Assembly: GCF_034039665.1 (NCBI RefSeq) | Contig: NZ_CP120131.1 | Span: 490,206-522,205, forward strand | Direction: 5' to 3' | Length of the DNA: 32,000 bases | From: Mammaliicoccus sp. Dog046 | GTDB lineage: Bacteria > Bacillota > Bacilli > Staphylococcales > Staphylococcaceae | Shown here: positions 18,626 to 27,175 of the stretch, piece after piece | Position numbering within the stretch: position 1 is the stretch's first letter | Layout: each line of letters starts with the position of its first letter | The notes under the pieces: generated by a model | Databases searched by the model: none | Seen by the model: the letters and a program-made list of their open reading frames with translations, nothing else | Told to the model about the DNA's origin: nothing | Translations under genes and position numbers: made by a program

Positions 18626-19477
18626 ATGAGGATTATGAGCGAGCATTATATATTATTAGCTGATTGTAAAGATGAAATCGGAATTACGTCATTGATTTCA
18701 ACAATCATTAAAGATACACATTCAAATATATTCCACTTGGATCATTATACAGATGTACAAGAGAATGAAAATCATTTATATCTTCGTATTGAGTTTGATA
18801 AGAATGAACAAGTGAAACCATTGTTAGAGAAAGAATTAAGTAATAAACAAATTAACTATCAAATATTTGATGCAGAAGAAAAAGTAAAAACAGCACTACT
18901 TGTGTCAAAAGAAGATCATGCATTGAGTGAAATTATTTTACGTGCGAATCGTCAAGAATTCCCAATTGAAATTAGTTGTGTGATTAGTAATCACGAGAAC
19001 AATCGTAAGTTTGTAGAAGACATGGGCATTCCGTTCCATTATATAAAAGTAACTAAAGATACAAAACGTGAAAGCGAAGATGAAATTACGCGAATTAGTG
19101 AATCATATAATGTCGATTTACTCGTACTCGCAAAATATATGCAAATTTTATCTGAAACGTTTGTTGAAAGACATCATTTGAAGATTATTAATATTCATCA
19201 TTCGTTCTTACCTTCATTTATAGGCGCAAATCCTTATAAACAAGCTTACACGAGAGGTGTTAAGTTAATAGGGGCAACGAGTCACTATGTTACTGAAGAT
19301 TTAGATGCAGGTCCGATTATTGAACAAGATGTTGTCAGAGTGAACCACAGATACTCTGCACAAGATATGAGACAGTCAGGTAGACATGTCGAATCACATG
19401 TATTAGCGAGAGCTGTACAGTGGCATTGTGAACATAAAATTATTGTTAACGGGAATAAGACAGTTGTCTTTTCATAA
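18626..19477 (+). CDS. purU: Formyltetrahydrofolate deformylase
   Basis: ACT-like N-terminus (CKDEIGITSLIS) then formyl transferase fold (IINIHHSFLPSFIGANPYKQAYTRGVKLIGATSHYVTEDLDAGPII). Start could be 18626 or 18635. Confidence 0.93.
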   Translation: MRIMSEHYILLADCKDEIGITSLISTIIKDTHSNIFHLDHYTDVQENENHLYLRIEFDKNEQVKPLLEKELSNKQINYQIFDAEEKVKTALLVSKEDHALSEIILRANRQEFPIEISCVISNHENNRKFVEDMGIPFHYIKVTKDTKRESEDEITRISESYNVDLLVLAKYMQILSETFVERHHLKIINIHHSFLPSFIGANPYKQAYTRGVKLIGATSHYVTEDLDAGPIIEQDVVRVNHRYSAQDMRQSGRHVESHVLARAVQWHCEHKIIVNGNKTVVFS

Positions 19478-19482
19478 GTGAT

Positions 19483-19516
19483 TTAAGGCTGAGACGCATA
19501 CATCTCAGCCTTAATT
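19483..19516 (+). terminator. Terminator of purU
   Basis: aaGGCTGAGAcgcatacaTCTCAGCCttaattttt. Confidence 0.85.
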
Positions 19517-19554
19517 TTTCTAAAGATTAAAATGTAGTAGGTGGTGTAATTCCT

Positions 19555-20499
19555 ATGATTAATACATATTATGTTAATTTAAATAATGAAGTTAAAGCAG
19601 TATCATCACCATATGACATTACAGAAGATAAAAAATGGATATGGGTAGATTTAAATGAGCCTTCAGAGGACGAAGCAAAAGTATTAGAAGAGTATTTTAA
19701 ATTTCATCCGTTAACGATTGATGACGCAACAGTTGTTCAACAAAGACCGAAGTTTAAACAATATGAGGATTACCAATTTATTGTCTTCTATGCATTGGAT
19801 TTAAAGACACTTGAATCTGAAGAGATTGATATATTTATAGGTGAGGATTATATCGTTACTTATCATAAAGAACGATTTGAAGAAATTGATACGATTGTTA
19901 GAAAGTTATTGAATCAATCTATTCAATTCAATGAACCAAAAGATATATTATTAAATATTTTAGATGATATCGTGGATAATTATTTTCCGTTTATTTATGA
20001 TATTGAAGACAAAGTATTTAATTTTGAAGATCGTCATAATGTAGATATTTCTACAAAGAACTTAATCGATGACACATTTGATTTAAGACAAGAACTTTTA
20101 TTGATTAAACGAACTGTGCAACCGATGAAAGATTTGGTTTATCGCATGAGAGAAGGTAAAGTACTTCAACTACAAGAGCAACAATTGTTATATTTGACGC
20201 ACATTTATGATCATTTGATGAAACAAATGGAGATGGTAGATGCCTCGAGAGAAATGACTAGTGACATAAGAGATAATTATATTTCTCTAAATTCGTTTAA
20301 GATGAATAATATTATGAAAATATTAACGATTTATTCCGTTGTATTTATGCCATTAACACTTATAGCAGGTATATACGGTATGAACTTTACCAATATGCCG
20401 GAGTTGAGTTGGCACTATGCATATTATGTCGTACTTGTTATTATGATTGTAATCGCATTAATTATGTTAACAATATTTAAAAAGAAAAAGTGGTTTTAA
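19555..20499 (+). CDS. corA: CorA family magnesium/divalent cation transporter
   Basis: C-terminal PLTLIAGIYGMNFTNMPEL (GMN motif). Confidence 0.95.
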   Translation: MINTYYVNLNNEVKAVSSPYDITEDKKWIWVDLNEPSEDEAKVLEEYFKFHPLTIDDATVVQQRPKFKQYEDYQFIVFYALDLKTLESEEIDIFIGEDYIVTYHKERFEEIDTIVRKLLNQSIQFNEPKDILLNILDDIVDNYFPFIYDIEDKVFNFEDRHNVDISTKNLIDDTFDLRQELLLIKRTVQPMKDLVYRMREGKVLQLQEQQLLYLTHIYDHLMKQMEMVDASREMTSDIRDNYISLNSFKMNNIMKILTIYSVVFMPLTLIAGIYGMNFTNMPELSWHYAYYVVLVIMIVIALIMLTIFKKKKWF

Positions 20500-20526
20500 C
20501 GATAATTAGAAAGGTGAGTGGAAGAA

Positions 20527-21396
20527 GTGAAACTTTTTGGAGCTATAGAAGCGGGCGGAACAAAATTTGTGTGTGCAGTAGGTGATGAAGATTTATCAGT
20601 TAAGGAGCGTATAACGATACCAACAACTGAACCATCTGAGACGATGCCTCAAGTCATTGAATTTTTTAAGAAATATGAAGTTGATAGTATTGGGATTGGT
20701 TCATTTGGTCCTATAGATATAAATAAGGATTCAGATACATACGGCTTTATCACAACAACACCAAAGACTGCTTGGAAACATTTCGACCTTGTAGGTACAA
20801 TTAAGCAACATTTTGATATTCCAGTAGCTTTTACAACTGATGTTAATACGTCGTTATATGGAGAATTTAAAAAAGGTATCGCTAAAGATAACCGTTCAGC
20901 AGTGTATTATACAATTGGAACTGGTATCGGTGGTGGCGCTATGATTGATGGACAATTTGTACAAGGATTGAGCCATCCTGAAATGGGACATACATCAGTA
21001 CATATACATCCAGATGATCAACAATTTGATGGAAACTGTCCATATCATGGTACTTGCCTTGAAGGCTTGGCATCAGGACCAGCAATTGAAAAGAGAGCAG
21101 GCAAATCAGCGAAAGACATACCTGAAACAGCTAAAGATTGGGATATCGTTGCGTATTATATTGCGCAAGCAGCATTTAATACAACATTGATGTTATCGCC
21201 TGAAAAAATCATTTTTGGAGGCGGTGTGATGCATCAAACACATTTACTTGAAAAGGTACACCAACAATTTACGTTATTAAATAATGATTATATTAAATTA
21301 CCACCTGTTGATACGTATATTGTTACACCGAGCTTGAATGATGACCAAGGGATTATTGGTTGTTTAGCACTCGCGCGAGATGAATTCAACAATTAA
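20527..21396 (+). CDS. ROK family sugar kinase (fructokinase-like)
   Basis: FGAIEAGGTKFVCAVG, GTGIGGGAMIDGQFVQGLSHPEMGH, CPYHGTCLEGLASGPA; GTG 20527 fits SD AAGGTGAG better than GTG 20518. Confidence 0.9.
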   Translation: MKLFGAIEAGGTKFVCAVGDEDLSVKERITIPTTEPSETMPQVIEFFKKYEVDSIGIGSFGPIDINKDSDTYGFITTTPKTAWKHFDLVGTIKQHFDIPVAFTTDVNTSLYGEFKKGIAKDNRSAVYYTIGTGIGGGAMIDGQFVQGLSHPEMGHTSVHIHPDDQQFDGNCPYHGTCLEGLASGPAIEKRAGKSAKDIPETAKDWDIVAYYIAQAAFNTTLMLSPEKIIFGGGVMHQTHLLEKVHQQFTLLNNDYIKLPPVDTYIVTPSLNDDQGIIGCLALARDEFNN

Positions 21397-21409
21397 AGTA
21401 GGTGCTTAT

Positions 21410-21973
21410 ATGGATAGATTATTAGTTACATTAGGGGAAAACCAATATTTAGAAACAGAGCGATTGATATTAAGACCTGTTACATTAGAAGATACAGAAG
21501 ATTTGTTTGAATATGCTTCTGATGTAGAGAACACTTCACATGTATTTCCTACACATCAATCTATAGAAGAAACGAAAGAAGTCATCGCAAACTTCTATTT
21601 AAATTCACCGCTCGGTAAATATGGAATCGTATTAAAGGAAAATAATAAATTTATTGGATCGATAGATTTAAGAGTAGAAAGTGAACATAAGCGAGCAGAA
21701 ATCGGTTATGCATTGAATTTATCGTATACAGGAAAAGGTTATATGACAGAAGCAGGTACAAAAATATTGTCATTGGCTTTTGATAAATTGAATCTAAATC
21801 AAGTCAAAGCCGTTCATAGTACGATAAATCCTAAGTCAGGCGAAGTGATGAAACGTTTAGGTATGAAGAAGGTCGGTGTGATGCCTAAAAATAGAATTCA
21901 TAAAGAAAGAATCGTCGACGATGCCATATACGCAATTACTGATACAGAATTTCAAAATATAAATAGTAAGTAA
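21410..21973 (+). CDS. GNAT family N-acetyltransferase (RimJ/RimL-like)
   Basis: YLETERLILRPVTLEDTEDLF…EIGYALNLSYTGKGYMTEA…VHSTINPKSGEVMKRLGM; ATG 21410 is the likely start. Confidence 0.9.
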   Translation: MDRLLVTLGENQYLETERLILRPVTLEDTEDLFEYASDVENTSHVFPTHQSIEETKEVIANFYLNSPLGKYGIVLKENNKFIGSIDLRVESEHKRAEIGYALNLSYTGKGYMTEAGTKILSLAFDKLNLNQVKAVHSTINPKSGEVMKRLGMKKVGVMPKNRIHKERIVDDAIYAITDTEFQNINSK

Positions 21974-22016
21974 TGAGAGAAGTAGGATAGTGAGTTTTAG
22001 AGTGTCTGTTGTGTGG

Positions 22017-22410
22017 TTCTAAGGGACAGAATTCATAGTATTGTCCGTTACGCCGTTCTAAGGGACAGAATTCCAGATTATGTCCGTTACGCGGTTCTAA
22101 GGGACAGAATTCCAGATTATGTCCGTTACACGGTTCTAAGGGACAAAATTCCAAATTATGTCCGTTACGTGGTTCTAAGGGACAGAATTCAGAGTATTGT
22201 CCGTTACGCCGTTCTAAGGGACAGAATTCCAGATTATGTCCGTTACGCGGTTCTAAAGGACAAAATTCCAGATTCTGTCCGTTACACGGTTCTAAGGGAC
22301 AAAATTCCAGATTCTGTCCGTTACAGCATTCTAACGGTCATAATTCAGAATACTGACACTTACGGAACCTATAACAGTCACAATCCGAATTCTGTTCCAT
22401 CACTTACACT
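22017..22410. repeat. Tandem array E: 8 well-conserved 39-bp units, plus decayed 9th and 10th copies
   Basis: TTCTAA at 22017,22056,22095,22134,22173,22212,22251,22290,22329; unit TTCTAAGGGACAGAATTCCAGATTATGTCCGTTACGCGG. Confidence 0.97.
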
Positions 22411-22452
22411 AATCTAACAACTATAACGCGTACTATTTTCACTATAATGAAA

Positions 22453-22486
22453 AAAACAAGCAGCTCATTGAGCTGCTTGTTTTCTT
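22453..22486 (-). terminator. Bidirectional-looking terminator of the nitroreductase gene
   Basis: aaaACAAGCAGCTCAtTGAGCTGCTTGTttt. Confidence 0.85.
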
Positions 22487-22512
22487 TTTATTAATACTTA
22501 TGCAAATATACT

Positions 22513-23115
22513 TTATTCGAATTTAGCGAATGTTTCAGCTGGTATACGTGATGCGCGATCGTTAGTCATTTCGCCTTTACCTATTGTAATAAGCATTGCT
22601 GGCACTAAGTGATCTTCGATATTAAATTCATCTATTACAGCTTGTTTATTAAATCCTATCATTGGGCATGTTGCAAATCCGGCATTTTCACTTGCAAGCA
22701 TTAGACTCATTGCGAACAATGATGCGCCTCTGACTGCTTCATCTCTTTGATTTGTTGTACTTTCGAAAAATGTATTAACACTTGATATCAAGCCATCTTT
22801 TTTATCAGCTGGGATATGATTATGTTCTATCCAATCATCTGCCACGTCTTCAATTGTTTCGTGTGCCTTTAAATCACCTAAGATGATAAATGTTGCGCTT
22901 GCTTCTTTGACTTTAATTTGTTTATTTGAAGCTTGATATAGTTTTTCTTTTGCTTCATCAGATTGTGCAACAATCACTTTCCATTGTTGTAAATTCCATG
23001 CAGAGGGTGATAGTGCAGCTTGATCTAATAAGTTGTTAATTGTTTCTTTATCTAATTCATATGGTTCATAAGATTTTACAGAACGACGTTGTTCTAAGAC
23101 TTCTTTAAATTCCAT
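22513..23115 (-). CDS. Nitroreductase family protein
   Basis: LEQRRSVKSYEPYELDKETINNLLDQAALSPSAWNLQQWKVIVAQ. Confidence 0.93.
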   Translation of the reverse strand: MEFKEVLEQRRSVKSYEPYELDKETINNLLDQAALSPSAWNLQQWKVIVAQSDEAKEKLYQASNKQIKVKEASATFIILGDLKAHETIEDVADDWIEHNHIPADKKDGLISSVNTFFESTTNQRDEAVRGASLFAMSLMLASENAGFATCPMIGFNKQAVIDEFNIEDHLVPAMLITIGKGEMTNDRASRIPAETFAKFE

Positions 23116-23310
23116 GATGGACTTCCTCCTTTAAATCGATAATGTTATCGTGATATAAACAAGAGAGAATTACAAATATTCTGCTTATTGTTAAAAAGAC
23201 TGCTTGTTACAATCGTTTTAATATAATTTGTTTATAGTTATTTGTTACAATATAAGTAATAAGGTATTTTTGTAAGTTTATATGATTGAATGACTAAAGG
23301 AGCGATGTTC

Positions 23311-24027
23311 ATGATTGATATTCATAATCACTTATTATATGGTTTAGACGATGGTCCGTTGGATGCTGAAAGTATGCTTGAATTAGCAAGAGAAGCCGAA
23401 AAGATAGGTATTACAGATATTGTAGTGACACCGCATTATATCGAACATCGATTTAAAAATAGTGCATCTATTGTGAAAGAGAGAACTGATGAAGTGCAGG
23501 CTCTATTAAATGACAATAAGATTGATATTAAAATATATCCAAGCCAAGAAATTCATATGTTTGGTAAAGAATTAGAGGGACTTCAATCAGGTGAATTACT
23601 GCCTATCACTCAAGGTTCAAAATACGTACTCATTGAATTTCCTTTCTTTTCTGTACCGGATTTTGCAGAAGAGACTTTTGATAAATTGTTTAATGCGGGA
23701 TATCGCCCATTACTTGCGCATCCTGAACGTATCATTCCGATACAAGACAATCCAGAGATACTCTACGATTTAATTGATAGAGGTGCGCTTTGCCAAGTGA
23801 CAGCAGGATCACTTGTGGATCGATATGGACCAGATGCGAAAAGGGTCGCAGATGAACTTCTTAAGAAGGACGCGATTCATATTATAGGAAGCGACGCACA
23901 TAATACGTCGAATAGAAACTTTCACATTCGTGAAGCATATGAATATATTGAGCAACAATTTGGTGAAGAAAAAGTAATACAATTTAAAGAGAATGCACGA
24001 AAAATATTAGAAAACGAAGATATTTAA
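23311..24027 (+). CDS. CpsB/CapC-type (PHP fold) manganese-dependent tyrosine-protein phosphatase
   Basis: MIDIHNHLLYGLDDGPLDAESMLELAREAEKIGITDIVVTPHY and HIIGSDAHNTSNR. Start ATG 23305 or 23311 rather than 23290, given SD AAAGGAG. Confidence 0.9.
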   Translation: MIDIHNHLLYGLDDGPLDAESMLELAREAEKIGITDIVVTPHYIEHRFKNSASIVKERTDEVQALLNDNKIDIKIYPSQEIHMFGKELEGLQSGELLPITQGSKYVLIEFPFFSVPDFAEETFDKLFNAGYRPLLAHPERIIPIQDNPEILYDLIDRGALCQVTAGSLVDRYGPDAKRVADELLKKDAIHIIGSDAHNTSNRNFHIREAYEYIEQQFGEEKVIQFKENARKILENEDI

Positions 24028-24031
24028 TAAA

Positions 24032-24076
24032 CGAAAGAAGCGGCTGGGACATAATATATGTCTCAGCCGCTTCTTT
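24032..24076. terminator. Bidirectional terminator with shared 27-nt core (24042-24068)
   Basis: GAAGCGGCTGGGACATAATATATGTCTCAGCCGCTTCtttt between convergent genes. Confidence 0.9.
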
Positions 24077-24089
24077 TATCTATAATTAT

Positions 24090-25283
24090 TTATTTTGCTA
24101 CTTCAAGTGTTTCAGTAGATTCTCGTTTATTTATTGTAAACATTAATGCACTAGCCAATATTACCATTATGAAAGCGAAATATGGAGTAAGTGACAATGT
24201 AAAGTGGTTTAATATAAATCCACCAATGACAGAACCAAATGTGATGCCAAGATTGAATGAAGATATATTTAAACTAGATGCGAAATTCACAGTTTCTTTA
24301 CTGTGTCTTTCAGCAAAAATAACGACGATGAGTTGTAGACCAGGTACATTCATAAACGCAAATAATCCCATTAGTAATATACTGATAAGTCCAAATACAT
24401 GGAGATGTATTGTTAAACCTAAAAGTAATAGTGTTAAAGCTTGTAATAAAAAGATAAACGTAAGTGAGCGTGTTGGGTCATTGTTTGTTAATTTTCCACC
24501 TAATGTGTTGCCGATTGCGACCATTACGCCATATAAAATTAATATAATAACAATGCTATTTGTATCATAACCTAAAATATGTGTGAGTATTTCAGTTAAA
24601 TACGTATAGACAACAAATGTACCGCCATAGCCAAGTGTTGTAATTAAATAAAGCGTCATCAGTGGTTTGTTTTTAAATACGCTAAGTTGTTTTATGATAG
24701 GTGCTTGTTCATACTCTGTTAAGTGTTTAGGTACAAACATAATATTGGCGATTAAGCTAATTAAGCCAATCCCTGCAATCGTATAGAATGACATTTCATA
24801 GCCAAAAGTTTGACCAATCCATGTTCCAAACGGTACACCTGTTATTGTTGCAACTGTTAAACCAGTAAACATCATTGCGATCGCGCTTGAACGTTTGTGT
24901 GGAGGTACTAAGTCAGCTGCAATAGTAGTAGCAATTGACATAAATACACCATGAGCAAATGCGCTCAAGATTCTCATAGCTATAAGAAATGCAAAGGATG
25001 TTGCTACCCCTGCAAATATATTGGCGATAATAAATACGACCATAATGAGAATAAGTACTGTCTTTCTTTTAAAACGATTTGTTAAAGGGGTTAAAATCGG
25101 TGCTCCAAATGCTCCACCAATCGCGTATAAGGATACGGTTAAACTTGCAATTGGAATAGTGACATCAAAAGAATCTTTAATTAATGGTAAAAGTCCGACA
25201 CTTATAAATTCTGCAGAGCCGATAGCGAATGCTGAAATGGCGAGAGAAATAAGTGCGAGTTGATTTGAAATATTAGTTTTCAT
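24090..25283 (-). CDS. MFS transporter, DHA1 family (AraJ/YdhP-like)
   Basis: GSAEFISVGLLPLIKDSFDVTIPIASLTVSLYAIGGAFGAPI. Confidence 0.9.
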   Translation of the reverse strand: MKTNISNQLALISLAISAFAIGSAEFISVGLLPLIKDSFDVTIPIASLTVSLYAIGGAFGAPILTPLTNRFKRKTVLILIMVVFIIANIFAGVATSFAFLIAMRILSAFAHGVFMSIATTIAADLVPPHKRSSAIAMMFTGLTVATITGVPFGTWIGQTFGYEMSFYTIAGIGLISLIANIMFVPKHLTEYEQAPIIKQLSVFKNKPLMTLYLITTLGYGGTFVVYTYLTEILTHILGYDTNSIVIILILYGVMVAIGNTLGGKLTNNDPTRSLTFIFLLQALTLLLLGLTIHLHVFGLISILLMGLFAFMNVPGLQLIVVIFAERHSKETVNFASSLNISSFNLGITFGSVIGGFILNHFTLSLTPYFAFIMVILASALMFTINKRESTETLEVAK

Positions 25284-25346
25284 CTGTAAATTTCCTTTCC
25301 TTGTTATATGATATGTGTTATTTTATATCTTAAGTAATCAAATAGG

Positions 25347-25358
25347 AAGTACGTACTT
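25347..25358. promoter_or_regulatory. Palindrome AAGTACGTACTT, candidate HxlR operator 1
   Basis: Perfect 12-bp palindrome in the divergent MFS/hxlR intergenic region. Confidence 0.5.
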
Positions 25359-25370
25359 TAATGTCATATA

Positions 25371-25386
25371 GGTACTAAAAAGTACC
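25371..25386. promoter_or_regulatory. GGTACTAAAAAGTACC, candidate HxlR operator 2
   Basis: 6-bp arms with an AAAA centre, just before the SD of the HxlR gene; shares the GTAC half-site with operator 1. Confidence 0.55.
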
Positions 25387-25401
25387 CTTAGGAGGAATAT
25401 T

Positions 25402-25773
25402 ATGAATGGAACGCAATATCATATTGGAGTAGAAGCTACGATTGATGTAATAGGTGGGAAGTGGAAACCAGTCATTTTATGTCATTTGAAGCATGGGAAA
25501 ATGAGAACGTCAGAATTAAAAAAAGCTATACCACAGATTACTCAGAAAATGTTGACGCAACAATTGAGAGAATTAGAAAAAGACCAAATTATCAATAGAA
25601 TTGTCTATCAACAAGTACCTCCAAAAGTAGAATATGAAATTTCTGAATATGGAAGCACGTTGAATCTTTTATTAGAGCATCTATGTAAATGGGGAGAATT
25701 ACATGTTCAAAAACGAAAAGAAAACGGAGAAGAGGTTGAATTAAATTCAGTTGAATTTATAGATGTTGTTTAA
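25402..25773 (+). CDS. HxlR family transcriptional regulator
   Basis: VIGGKWKPVILCHLKHGKMRTSELKKAIPQITQKMLTQQLRELEKDQIINR. Confidence 0.93.
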   Translation: MNGTQYHIGVEATIDVIGGKWKPVILCHLKHGKMRTSELKKAIPQITQKMLTQQLRELEKDQIINRIVYQQVPPKVEYEISEYGSTLNLLLEHLCKWGELHVQKRKENGEEVELNSVEFIDVV

Positions 25774-25781
25774 AAATTAAA

Positions 25782-25824
25782 ATGAATAAAAAGAAGGAAA
25801 ATGAGTAATCATTTTCCTTCTTTT
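25782..25824. terminator. Bidirectional terminator
   Basis: aaaAAGAAGGAAAATGAgtaaTCATTTTCCTTCTTttt. Confidence 0.85.
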
Positions 25825-26969
25825 TATTCAAACATACCTTTTCTTATTACTTCATATTCGGATACCATTTGTTTTCCTTTTGCAAGTACGTCTTTAACGC
25901 GGTGTTTTTCGGTGTCTAATATGAGAATATCAGCGTCATAGTTTACTTCTATGTGTCCTTTGTGATGAAGTGTGAGGACTTTTGCGACGTTTGAGGTGAA
26001 CATAGCGATGATGTCTTCTTGATTAGCATGTGTATCTAATAAATTAAATAATTGTTGTGTAAGCATGCTGCATTTCGCGACATCATAACCGACTAATTTA
26101 TTACGTTCATCAAATTTAGGTAAGCTACCGTGACCATCTGAAGATATAGTAAGTCTAGATAAATCACCGTCATGTTTTTTGAAATAATCCACGCATTCAA
26201 CGGTATTGTCACTAGCCGTTAAATCAACGTACACGCCTTGATGACTCAAGTTGACGCCTTCTTTTAACAGATTTAATGCCTTATCGAAATGAGTGACATA
26301 CATTTTGTTTGGTTTGACATCATAATGATCTAACAGTTCATATATTTGATCTAATTGATGCTTCCCCGTTCCTAAATGGAAGTGAGTGACACCAGCTTTA
26401 CCGCTTAACATACCGCCAACAGTTGTCTCGGATACAATCCTTGCAAGCTCTTGAGTTGTTGGTATGGATGATCTGAAATCGTTAATGGCAACTTCACCAG
26501 TTCCTATAACTTTATCGATTAATAACAGATCTTCTTGAATAGATTGCGTTAATGTTGTGATGGGCAAGTGATAATTTCCTGTATACATATAAGTAGAAAC
26601 ACCTTCAGCTTCTAAGGCTTTTGCTTTTGAATAAAGGTTCGTGAGCGTGCGAGATAGACCATCCGTGCCAATTAAACCTACAACGCTGGTGATACCATTT
26701 TTAATTAAATCTGTTAAATTTACTTCAGGTGTACGTGTCATATATCCAGCTTCTCCACCACCTCCAAGTAAATGAATATGGGGATCGATGATTCCTGGCA
26801 TAATGGTATGGTCTTTCGCGTCAATTGTAATAAAGTCTGGATCTATCTTTTTTAATGCGGTTATATCTATATTACCAATTTTGATGATTGTTTTACCTTG
26901 AATGAGTATAGGTTTCTGACCGATATACTTTGGCGAATAAATTTCTCCATTAATAATGAGCGTAAACAT
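25824..26969 (-). CDS. iadA: Isoaspartyl dipeptidase (beta-aspartyl-peptidase)
   Basis: MPGIIDPHIHLLGGGGEAGYMTRTPE and HLGTGKHQLDQIYELLD. ATG at 26969 (with SD GGAGG) preferred over ORF-track start 27029. Confidence 0.92.
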   Translation of the reverse strand: MFTLIINGEIYSPKYIGQKPILIQGKTIIKIGNIDITALKKIDPDFITIDAKDHTIMPGIIDPHIHLLGGGGEAGYMTRTPEVNLTDLIKNGITSVVGLIGTDGLSRTLTNLYSKAKALEAEGVSTYMYTGNYHLPITTLTQSIQEDLLLIDKVIGTGEVAINDFRSSIPTTQELARIVSETTVGGMLSGKAGVTHFHLGTGKHQLDQIYELLDHYDVKPNKMYVTHFDKALNLLKEGVNLSHQGVYVDLTASDNTVECVDYFKKHDGDLSRLTISSDGHGSLPKFDERNKLVGYDVAKCSMLTQQLFNLLDTHANQEDIIAMFTSNVAKVLTLHHKGHIEVNYDADILILDTEKHRVKDVLAKGKQMVSEYEVIRKGMFE

Positions 26970-27019
26970 AGTTAGCCTCCTGAAAATGTAGTTGTTACAT
27001 ATTTTAAAATAAGTGGAAT

Positions 27020-27049
27020 TTGAAATCAAAATTTATAAATTTGTATAAT
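27020..27049 (+). promoter_or_regulatory. Candidate sigma-A promoter for the M4 protease gene
   Basis: TTGAAA-N18-TATAAT. Confidence 0.5.
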
Positions 27050-27175
27050 AAATATTATGAAATTCGATATGTAATATAATTGTAATATAAATTTACACTT
27101 TTGTTGATGACATTTGCTTCGCGAATATATATAATTGACTTGTACTTATTCAGAATTTGTATAGGGGTGGATTTG

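Noticed and set aside
24058-25263. Plus-strand ORFs 24058..24570 and 25021..25263 opposite the AraJ-like MFS gene
   Set aside because: Shadow ORFs antisense to a gene with clear MFS motifs.
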